Positions 38,269 to 46,042 of a stretch of 61,071 nucleotides of DNA are shown piece after piece; position 1 is the stretch's first letter; each line of letters starts with the position of its first letter. The stretch covers positions 1 to 61,071 of IMG/VR virus record IMGVR_UViG_3300005611_000024. One strand, 5' to 3'. A model generated the notes under the pieces. That model made no database searches. It was not told where the DNA came from and saw nothing but the letters and a program-made list of their open reading frames with translations. This DNA comes from a virus. Its lineage: Duplodnaviria; Caudoviricetes. The position numbers and the translations under genes are program-made.

Positions 38269-38340
38269 AGGTTTGGGGATAGTGAGTATCTTTTTTCTTT
38301 TTTCATTGCTCACTATCTCTCACTTGCGATATTATTTCGC

Positions 38341-38368
38341 TTGGTAATATGTAAAGTTGTGGTATACT
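38341..38368 (+). promoter_or_regulatory. Early promoter (TTGGTA-16-TATACT, extended -10)
   Basis: TGgTATACT; GTAAAGTT in spacer. Confidence 0.7.
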
Positions 38369-38447
38369 AATAGAATGAATAAAGAAATTATTAAATGATG
38401 TAAAACTAACTGCTGAGATTTCTCAGCACAACAAAACGGAGTAAACT

Positions 38448-39374
38448 ATGAGACTAAAACAAAGTGAGCTAGAGCTCAAAACACCAGAGCATATCATCTC
38501 ATTGGCAACATCAGGTATGTTAATCTCTTGTGATGTCAATGTTTGGAGTGCAACAAAACAAGACCGAACCATATCAGGCGAGGTTACATCAAGTAAGAAA
38601 GCCGACCCTAACGCGGGACGCTTTGTTAAAAACTTACTTGCAGGGGATAAACAACACAAAGACATAATCAACTACCGACAGGCAATATATAATTGGCAGA
38701 AACGCAGTACTTTTCGTTGGAACAATGCACAAGATTATCTGTTGTCAGTGGACTTGGAAAAGTTTATGGAAGAGTGGCATAAACACAAAGCAGAGTTTGA
38801 CAGATTGGTAGATAACTTTTGTATGAACTATGACACTATTAGAGGAAGTATGGCATTTGCTCAGGGTGATATGTACGACCAAGCAGATTATCCACCCGTA
38901 GAGGAAGTCAGGCGAAAGTTTGGTTGTGAACTGTATGTGTCAGAAGTGCCAGAGGGCGACCCTCGTTGTCAGATAAGCTACGACTTGGCGAATGACTTGA
39001 GAGATAATCTTAGCCGACAGCACAAAGAAAAAGTAAATTCTATTTTATCTCAACAGATAGGTAGATTGACCGAAGTTATGCAGAGTATCTCGCATTGCTG
39101 TACCTCGCACAAAGTCAAACTAAAAGATGGCACAGTGAAAGAAAAGAAACGCAAGATATACGATGAAACTTTACAAAAAGCGAAGGACTACTGCAAGTCT
39201 TACGCAAACTACGATTTAGCAGACAATGAGGATAATAAGAAACTCAAGTCAGCTATTAAACTCTTGGACGATACACTCAATGGAGTAGACAGTCATACAC
39301 TTCGTGAGAGTGATGTAGTACGAGAGCAAGTGAAATCAAATGTTGATGAAATACTTAGCAAGTTTGATTTCTAA
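38448..39374 (+). CDS. DUF3150-like helical protein
   Basis: WSATKQD...KNLL...DYPPVEEVRRKF; recalled as partner of AAA/vWA genes. Confidence 0.55.
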   Translation: MRLKQSELELKTPEHIISLATSGMLISCDVNVWSATKQDRTISGEVTSSKKADPNAGRFVKNLLAGDKQHKDIINYRQAIYNWQKRSTFRWNNAQDYLLSVDLEKFMEEWHKHKAEFDRLVDNFCMNYDTIRGSMAFAQGDMYDQADYPPVEEVRRKFGCELYVSEVPEGDPRCQISYDLANDLRDNLSRQHKEKVNSILSQQIGRLTEVMQSISHCCTSHKVKLKDGTVKEKKRKIYDETLQKAKDYCKSYANYDLADNEDNKKLKSAIKLLDDTLNGVDSHTLRESDVVREQVKSNVDEILSKFDF

Positions 39375-39422
39375 ACTAACTGCTGAGATTTCTCAGCACT
39401 TAAAAAACCTATGGAGGGTATT

Positions 39423-40502
39423 ATGTACCAAGTAACGATAGATGAGTTAAGAAAACTCATACCAACAATAAGCAAACAGGATAAGAACAATCCTAGAAAA
39501 CATATCACACCTATTGTTCAAAGCGAGGCAGGTTGTGGTAAAACAAGTTTACTCAAGATGATTGAGGAGGACTTGGGTGATGGATACGATTACATCTATG
39601 TTGATTGTCCAGTGAAAGACTACTCAGACATAGCTATGACTATTCCTAACCACGATACACAGAGTTTGAAACCATATGTAGGTAGTTTATTCAAACTTGA
39701 TAGTGATAAACCGAAAGTCATACTACTAGACGAGTTTATGAAGTCACCTAAGATGTTACAGGTAATCTTTACTAGACTTATGCTAGAGAGATACATAGGT
39801 GATACACCACTACCAGACGGCTCTATTGTGTTTGGTACTTCAAACAATCAGTCAGATGGATTGGGTGATAGTATGTTAGCTCACGCAGGTAACAGGGTGT
39901 GTATTTTACAGATGAAGAAACCAGACTCAGATGAATGGTTGCAATGGGCGAACAACAATGGAGTTAATTCATATGTGAAAGCTTTCGTCAGTATGTATCC
40001 AGACTGTTTGGCGAGTTACTTAGACGAGGGACAAAAAGAAAATCCTTATATCTTTAATCCTAAGAGAATGGAGTTATCCTTTGTTAGTCCTCGTTCGCTA
40101 GAGAAATCATCTATTATTGTAGATAACAGAGAGCTACTAGGTGAGAATGCAACTATGAGTGCATTGGCAGGTACGATTGGTAAAAGTGCGTCGGCTCAGT
40201 TCATGGCTATGCTACAACTAGGCGACAAGTTACCAAAGTTTGAAGATGTACTGAAAAAACCAGAGGAAGTACCTATTCCTGAAGAAGTATCAGCACAACT
40301 TATTCTAATGTTCCAAGCAACAGATAAGATAAAAACACAGGAAGACTGTACTAACTTTATGAAGTTTGTCCAACGAATACCACAACTAGAAACTCAAGCA
40401 GTATTCTTTTCAATGGTATTGAAGAATGACAAAACTAAAATGGTTGCATGTCGTAACAAAACAATCACAGATTGGGCGACTGCTAACCACTACTTATACT
40501 AG
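39423..40502 (+). CDS. MoxR-like AAA+ ATPase
   Basis: Walker A AGCGKT, Walker B ILLDE, sensor TSN, SPRS; start after GGAGG. Confidence 0.85.
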   Translation: MYQVTIDELRKLIPTISKQDKNNPRKHITPIVQSEAGCGKTSLLKMIEEDLGDGYDYIYVDCPVKDYSDIAMTIPNHDTQSLKPYVGSLFKLDSDKPKVILLDEFMKSPKMLQVIFTRLMLERYIGDTPLPDGSIVFGTSNNQSDGLGDSMLAHAGNRVCILQMKKPDSDEWLQWANNNGVNSYVKAFVSMYPDCLASYLDEGQKENPYIFNPKRMELSFVSPRSLEKSSIIVDNRELLGENATMSALAGTIGKSASAQFMAMLQLGDKLPKFEDVLKKPEEVPIPEEVSAQLILMFQATDKIKTQEDCTNFMKFVQRIPQLETQAVFFSMVLKNDKTKMVACRNKTITDWATANHYLY

Positions 40503-40511
40503 GAGGAAACT

Positions 40512-40685
40512 ATGAATGAAAATACTAGATGTTTGATTACAGACTTGAAAGAGGGTGAGGACTTTTCTGTACCTGTGTCGCATATACAGCAATGGATAAT
40601 GGATAACATTGAAGATGTGATAAATGGTCAGTATAGGTTTGATGGAACTTACGAAATAAATAAACAACAGGAGTTAAAACTATGA
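40512..40685 (+). CDS. Hypothetical 57-aa protein
   Basis: AGGAGG SD; ATGA overlap with next gene. Confidence 0.65.
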   Translation: MNENTRCLITDLKEGEDFSVPVSHIQQWIMDNIEDVINGQYRFDGTYEINKQQELKL

Positions 40686-41848
40686 AACACACAGCAGAAC
40701 AAAGACTCAAGAGGTCGCATGTTGCGTTGATGAAACACCCTGAAACTGCATTGTACTCAGGTATTATTCTAATGGGTAAGAGTACCATAGATGACAATGT
40801 TCCAACTGCATACACAGATGGAGTAAACAAAGTTTATGGTAGGGAGTTTGTTGACAAACTAAATGATGAAGAGTTACGAGCATTGATACTACATGAGAAC
40901 TTGCATGTTGCATTGAAACATATGAACAGGTTTATGAAAGAGTTTAAAGCAGAACCTCAACTCATTAATGCGTCAGCAGATTATGTTGTAAATGATATAA
41001 TTGTAAACTTACAAGACAGGGACTTTTGTAAACTTCCAGATGGAGGGTTGGTTGACAGTAAATATCATAATTGGTCAGTGCGACAGGTTTACAATGACTT
41101 GAAACAAAAGCAAGACAATGACCCTGATTTTCAACCACAAGACTCACTAGATGAACATGGGTTTGGTGAGGGCGAGGGTAGAAATATGACACCACAAGAG
41201 CAGAAAAAACTTAGTGAGGAAATTGACAAAGCATTGCGACAGGGTTCACTACTCGCAGGTAAGCTAGGTGGTAAGACACCACAAGCGATTGAAGATTTAC
41301 TTACAGGTAAGGTAGATTGGCGAGCCATCCTTAGAGAGTTTATTACCTCAAACACAAGAGGTATGGAAGAACTTTCTTGGCGAAATTACAGTAAGAAACA
41401 TATCCCTAACGATATTTACTTACCAAGTGCAATCAGTGAAAAAATGGAAGAACTTGTTATTGCGTGGGATACAAGTGGGTCTATCAGTAGTCAGGCAAAC
41501 GCAGAGTTTGCAGGTGAACTACAACTTATTTGTGAGAATGTAAATCCAACTAAGGTTCGTATCTTATGGTGGGATACAGAGGTCGCAGGTGAGCAAGTGT
41601 TCACAGAGGGTAACTATGAGGGTATGGATAAAGTACTAAAGCCGAGAGGTGGAGGTGGTACAGACCCTAACTGTATTCCTAAGTATATCAAAGATAAAAA
41701 TATCAATGCGTCAGCTATGGTTGTATTTACTGACGGGTATTTCTATGGTGATGTAGATTGGAGTACAGACATATCTACATTATGGTTGGTTACTGAAAAT
41801 GATAGGTTAGAAGTACCAAAAGGAAAGATTGTTAAACAATATTTATAA
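40682..41848 (+). CDS. Metallopeptidase plus vWA domain protein (DUF2201-like)
   Basis: TAYTDG, HENLH (HExxH), MIDAS DTSGS, GGGGTD, FTDG. Confidence 0.88.
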   Translation: MKHTAEQRLKRSHVALMKHPETALYSGIILMGKSTIDDNVPTAYTDGVNKVYGREFVDKLNDEELRALILHENLHVALKHMNRFMKEFKAEPQLINASADYVVNDIIVNLQDRDFCKLPDGGLVDSKYHNWSVRQVYNDLKQKQDNDPDFQPQDSLDEHGFGEGEGRNMTPQEQKKLSEEIDKALRQGSLLAGKLGGKTPQAIEDLLTGKVDWRAILREFITSNTRGMEELSWRNYSKKHIPNDIYLPSAISEKMEELVIAWDTSGSISSQANAEFAGELQLICENVNPTKVRILWWDTEVAGEQVFTEGNYEGMDKVLKPRGGGGTDPNCIPKYIKDKNINASAMVVFTDGYFYGDVDWSTDISTLWLVTENDRLEVPKGKIVKQYL

Positions 41849-41893
41849 ACACTGAGATTTCTCAGTAATTAAAAACACTATGGAGGTTTTATT

Positions 41894-42760
41894 ATGTTTG
41901 AGAGAGTAAGATTTGAAAGATTAGAAAATGTTCGTAATAACTTTAAACAGATAAGAGGTAGAAAAGCTGAAGAGTATTATTTCTCATTATATAATACTTA
42001 CGAACGAGGTGGTAATCACGAGATTAGACCTGAGTATAATGAACTTGGTGTGTGTGATAGCTATGTATATAACTATCAAAAGAATGACATACTTCGTATC
42101 TATCATAACGATATAGTGCAAATATTAAATGTGGAATATGGTAAGCATATAATGAACGATATGCATGAGTCTTGGGATTATCGCATTAGCCATGAAAAAG
42201 CAAGAAATGGTTATGTATTACATCACTTCAATAAAACAGTTGGAAAAAATTATATATATCCTGTTGTAAATGGTATGGCATTTCACATACACACTAATGA
42301 AGTCATTACTAAGTATGATGTACATTGTCGTATTGTTAATCGCAAAAAAGCTGAGAAGTCTTGGACTGAAAACGAGCCGAAGTGGTTAGCAGTGCAATCT
42401 ATGTTTAATACAGTGAATGGTCAGGCGAGACAAGAAATGGTTCGTAATATTCACAAAGAGTATGGATTTGTATTTGGTAAGTGGGATTGGCTAGAGTCTA
42501 GACCTTATATACCTTATACACCAGAACACATAGAGGCAGTGAAAAAAGCAAGTGAGATAAGTGCGTTTGATGAAGTGGTTATTGCTATGGGTATGAATGG
42601 TTCAAGACTAGATAAAATGAAACAGTCATATAAGCATTACTTAAACGAAGTAAATGATAACTTCAAGATAAAAGTACACCCTTGTGAGAACAAGTATTTT
42701 CCGACAAACAAACACATTAAAATAGTAATGAGAGAGGTGAATGATGAAAACGATAAATAA
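41894..42760 (+). CDS. Hypothetical protein
   Basis: 288 aa, GGAGG SD. Confidence 0.75.
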   Translation: MFERVRFERLENVRNNFKQIRGRKAEEYYFSLYNTYERGGNHEIRPEYNELGVCDSYVYNYQKNDILRIYHNDIVQILNVEYGKHIMNDMHESWDYRISHEKARNGYVLHHFNKTVGKNYIYPVVNGMAFHIHTNEVITKYDVHCRIVNRKKAEKSWTENEPKWLAVQSMFNTVNGQARQEMVRNIHKEYGFVFGKWDWLESRPYIPYTPEHIEAVKKASEISAFDEVVIAMGMNGSRLDKMKQSYKHYLNEVNDNFKIKVHPCENKYFPTNKHIKIVMREVNDENDK

Positions 42761-43829
42761 TAAAGATATATTACAAGGTACGCACTACAAAGAACTAGAA
42801 GTCTTTGTGAATGAGATGTGTGGTAAGTTTGATTTAAAAGTATTAGACGAATGCAGAGTAAAACCGAGTCATTGGTATAATGTTGAATTTCTTCCAATGA
42901 ACTATGATAGATTTGGTAGTAGATTTGATAAAGATGAATTAGAAAATCTTAAAAATAGAAATTTACCGTCAGGTGTTATTCTAACTCGCAATGGTTTACC
43001 TAACTGTATTGTTTGGTTACAAGAAGATGATGATAATGTATTAAGATATTATTACCACACAGCTATACCTATGAGAGAGAAAGATAATAAAGGTTTTATT
43101 TTCTCAAAGAGATTGAGTCAACTGATAAAGAAGATACAAACTCATGTAGTGCGTGGACGAAGTATTGAACCTATGTCAGATAATAATCTCATAGCTCGTC
43201 TTACAATAGGTGGCTATGGTTCATATAGTTTTTATGATACCTTTGAAAAATTAATCAGTGGTAATGTAAAAAGTATGAAAGCTGAATACAACTCAAAAAA
43301 TATGGTTGGTGAAACACTTCACTCATTAATGAAAGTCTTAGATGATGACAAAGTCTTTTCTTCAACAGATGAATATTCAAAATACAAAACTAAAGTACAA
43401 GAAATAGTAGAGTATTTTGATGAACAAACTGAAAAGATAAAAGAGTCAGAGGGTATAATACAAGCAAAACTTTTTAAACCTTTTCATCTATTTATACAAT
43501 CACCAGACTATAACTCAAAAAATAATTGTTATGCTTTGCGTGGTAACTTTTATGTGGGAGGTGATACAAAAGAACCACAACTTTATATTTTTAAAGACAG
43601 TGTGCAATATTGTGATAGTATAGAAGACTACAAAGATTATGATAGTATATGTGGTAGACTTACTATGTTTAAAAATGTGTACCCTGTTGATGAAACAAAA
43701 GGTGAACTATCAAACTTGATAGAACGAGACCAATACAATTATAAAGGAAATAAATTTGATGACGCATTAGACATGGGTTACATGTATTTTGGTAACGCAT
43801 CAACTAATATATTCTTTGTTTTTGAGTAG
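42741..43829 (+). CDS. Hypothetical protein
   Basis: 362 aa, GAGG SD. Confidence 0.75.
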   Translation: MMKTINNKDILQGTHYKELEVFVNEMCGKFDLKVLDECRVKPSHWYNVEFLPMNYDRFGSRFDKDELENLKNRNLPSGVILTRNGLPNCIVWLQEDDDNVLRYYYHTAIPMREKDNKGFIFSKRLSQLIKKIQTHVVRGRSIEPMSDNNLIARLTIGGYGSYSFYDTFEKLISGNVKSMKAEYNSKNMVGETLHSLMKVLDDDKVFSSTDEYSKYKTKVQEIVEYFDEQTEKIKESEGIIQAKLFKPFHLFIQSPDYNSKNNCYALRGNFYVGGDTKEPQLYIFKDSVQYCDSIEDYKDYDSICGRLTMFKNVYPVDETKGELSNLIERDQYNYKGNKFDDALDMGYMYFGNASTNIFFVFE

Positions 43830-43836
43830 GAGTTAA

Positions 43837-44238
43837 ATGGGATTAGTTTTACCAGAATTTGAATTTGAACCAATAACCTCCAAGGTTGAGGGAAGTATGT
43901 GTGTGCCAATAGTGTTAGACATGAAAGGCATCTACAATGTTTATGTGGGTAAAGATACAACTAGACGATACAAACAAGAACAACTTCCCTCTTTTATCCT
44001 ATCTAAAATTATCATAGCTAAAGAACTTAGCACCAATCCTAAACTTAAATCTGTTTATTCAATCCCTTCTAAATATCAACTCTTTACTTGTCCAGAAGAT
44101 GGTATAGAGAGCATTTCTTGGAAGATTTCTGATAGCATATATGTTATAGTCTTGACCAAACAAGAACTATCCGAACTCAAAGGTACAAGGATTGACACCA
44201 GAAAAGAAAGTCAAAGAGAAAGTCAAAAAAATTCTTAA
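43837..44238 (+). CDS. Hypothetical protein
   Basis: AGGAG SD. Confidence 0.7.
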   Translation: MGLVLPEFEFEPITSKVEGSMCVPIVLDMKGIYNVYVGKDTTRRYKQEQLPSFILSKIIIAKELSTNPKLKSVYSIPSKYQLFTCPEDGIESISWKISDSIYVIVLTKQELSELKGTRIDTRKESQRESQKNS

Positions 44239-44488
44239 AAACTTGAGCTGTTATTATTGCATGCCTGCAACAGGTGGCTATGGCTCTAGTGGTGTGCCAG
44301 ACTTCATCATATCTTATCGTGGTAAATTTATTGGTATTGAATGCAAAGCCAATGGAGGTAAACCAACTGCATTACAAAATAAACACTTAGCTGATATAAA
44401 AAATTCATTAGGTCAGAGTTTACTTATTGACGAAACAAATGTTGATATGCTAGACTGTTTGATACTTTCAGGTGAAAGCAACATCTGA
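44192..44488 (+). CDS. VRR-NUC / Holliday-resolvase-like nuclease
   Basis: TPEKKVK...GVPDFI...FIGIECKA...PTALQ. Confidence 0.85.
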   Translation: MTPEKKVKEKVKKILKNLSCYYCMPATGGYGSSGVPDFIISYRGKFIGIECKANGGKPTALQNKHLADIKNSLGQSLLIDETNVDMLDCLILSGESNI

Positions 44489-44541
44489 TAATTAAAATAA
44501 AAAGCTGAGAAATCTCAGCACTTAAACTATGAGGAAAGGAA

Positions 44542-45045
44542 ATGAATATATTTGTATTAGACGAAGAGCCACGTACTTGTGCTGAGTATCATTGTGATAA
44601 ACATGTGGTAAAGATGATACTAGAAACTGCTCAAATGATGTGTACTGTACTTAACGAACTGGGACACAACACACCTTATAAATCAACTCACAGTAAGCAC
44701 CCTTGCACTTTGTGGCTAAAACAATCACTAGCTAACTACAACTGGACATTGCGTTTAGTGAAGTATTTAAATCGTGAATATCAAGAAAGATATAATAAAA
44801 CGATAGAACACAAGTCGTGGGGCGTGGTGCGTTCTCTACCAACAAAGATATTATTACCTGATACAGAACTCACACCGTTTGCTCAAGCTATGCCAGATGA
44901 ATACAAAAATGTTGACCCTGTGATAGCATATCGTACATACTACATCAACGACAAAAAAGGTTTCGCCACTTGGAAAAACAAAGTACCTGCGTGGTGGACA
45001 AACACTGAGAACTGGTATCGTACCGAAGGAGTCGTTTCAAAATGA
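44542..45045 (+). CDS. Pyrimidine-dimer DNA glycosylase (DenV-like)
   Basis: MNIFVLD...HCDKHVVKMILETAQM...HPCTLW...EYQERY...AYRTYY. Confidence 0.8.
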   Translation: MNIFVLDEEPRTCAEYHCDKHVVKMILETAQMMCTVLNELGHNTPYKSTHSKHPCTLWLKQSLANYNWTLRLVKYLNREYQERYNKTIEHKSWGVVRSLPTKILLPDTELTPFAQAMPDEYKNVDPVIAYRTYYINDKKGFATWKNKVPAWWTNTENWYRTEGVVSK

Positions 45046-45233
45046 AAAAACCTAAAACAATAAGTGATATTATAAAACCAGACTTATATAGCTCTTTAAA
45101 TCCACAAGATAAATTTAGATTTCTTATGCTATATGTACAACAAAATAAAAACTTAAATGACAATCAACACGAGGCGGTGTTGAAAATGACCGAAGAAGAA
45201 TTTAAAAAACTAGAGAGAGGTGAAAATGCCTAG
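45042..45233 (+). CDS. Hypothetical protein
   Basis: ATGA coupling. Confidence 0.6.
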   Translation: MKKPKTISDIIKPDLYSSLNPQDKFRFLMLYVQQNKNLNDNQHEAVLKMTEEEFKKLERGENA

Positions 45234-45471
45234 AGGGTCAATATACACATCAGAACAAATAGATAATATTATAAAAAGAGTTGAACAATTTAAAGAAGAA
45301 AACTCAGACGCAACACGAGCTAGTCTTGCAAGGTACGCAGGTTGTGATATTTCGGTGTTGAAAAGATTAGAAAAACAAGGCAAACTAGAACTTCCAAAGC
45401 CTTTGACTAGACAACAAGCAAGAAAAAGAAGAACAATAGATTGGGCAAAAACATTAGGAAAATTAAGATAA
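45220..45471 (+). CDS. Small HTH-like protein
   Basis: TRASLARYAGCDISVLKRL. Confidence 0.5.
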   Translation: MKMPRGSIYTSEQIDNIIKRVEQFKEENSDATRASLARYAGCDISVLKRLEKQGKLELPKPLTRQQARKRRTIDWAKTLGKLR

Positions 45472-45665
45472 TGGTTGATGAAGTAGATATAGCAAATAAA
45501 AATGTAGAGAGAGAAATAGAAACTGCATTAAAAAATATTAATATCACAATACCAAAAAATGAAACAGGAAAGTGTTTTTATTGTAAAGAAGATATAACAG
45601 ACGAGAGAAGATGGTGTAACGCAGACTGTAGGGATAACTATGAAAAAACAAACAGAAACGCATAA
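45471..45665 (+). CDS. TraR/DksA-like RNA polymerase modulator
   Basis: MVDEVDIA (DxxDxA) plus CFYC...CNADC; TAATG coupling. Confidence 0.65.
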   Translation: MVDEVDIANKNVEREIETALKNINITIPKNETGKCFYCKEDITDERRWCNADCRDNYEKTNRNA

Positions 45666-45837
45666 TTATAGTTTAAGAAAACATTATGACGAGCAAGTGT
45701 GTCATAAGTGTGGGGCAAAGGCTAGATTTAAACACAAAGGTATTTGGTGGTGCTCTTGGGAAAATTTATTAGGGGAGTACAATCTAGTTGGTAAATGCAA
45801 AAAAGAAAAACAGGAGAGAAATTATGCGGAAAGATAA
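45640..45837 (+). CDS. Small Cys-rich protein
   Basis: CHKC...WWC. Confidence 0.55.
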   Translation: MKKQTETHNYSLRKHYDEQVCHKCGAKARFKHKGIWWCSWENLLGEYNLVGKCKKEKQERNYAER

Positions 45838-46042
45838 AATATATATTAAAACTGTTGAGTTAGACGATTATGAGTTTATTAAAAGACTTAACGAAATAAT
45901 AAAAAAATTAAATTTAGAAGAAAAAATGAAAGTAGATGAAAACGGAGTTGAAATTATTTTAGGAGACTGGAATCCAGAGGAAACAGAGGAAATATTTGCA
46001 ACCTTAAGTGACTATGTAAAACATGGAAAAAGTAACCACTGA
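45824..46042 (+). CDS. Hypothetical protein
   Basis: AGGAG SD before MRKDKI. Confidence 0.55.
   Translation: MRKDKIYIKTVELDDYEFIKRLNEIIKKLNLEEKMKVDENGVEIILGDWNPEETEEIFATLSDYVKHGKSNH

Larger units (their letters stand above)
35577..44519. promoter_or_regulatory. Nine dispersed copies of 16-bp palindrome RCTGAGAWWTCTCAGY
   Basis: Copies at 35577, 36476, 36599, 37227, 37599, 38412, 39382, 41851, 44504; all intergenic. Confidence 0.9.

Noticed and set aside
38276-38319. GGGATAGTGAG...CTCACTATCTC hairpin as a terminator
   Set aside because: Large T-rich loop and no downstream U-tract; role unclear
34463-38447. tRNA genes in the intergenic stretches
   Set aside because: No T-loop GTTCRA or cloverleaf found by eye
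35577-44519. Palindrome family as a CRISPR array
   Set aside because: Repeats are only 16 bp, irregularly spaced and separated by whole genes; no cas operon
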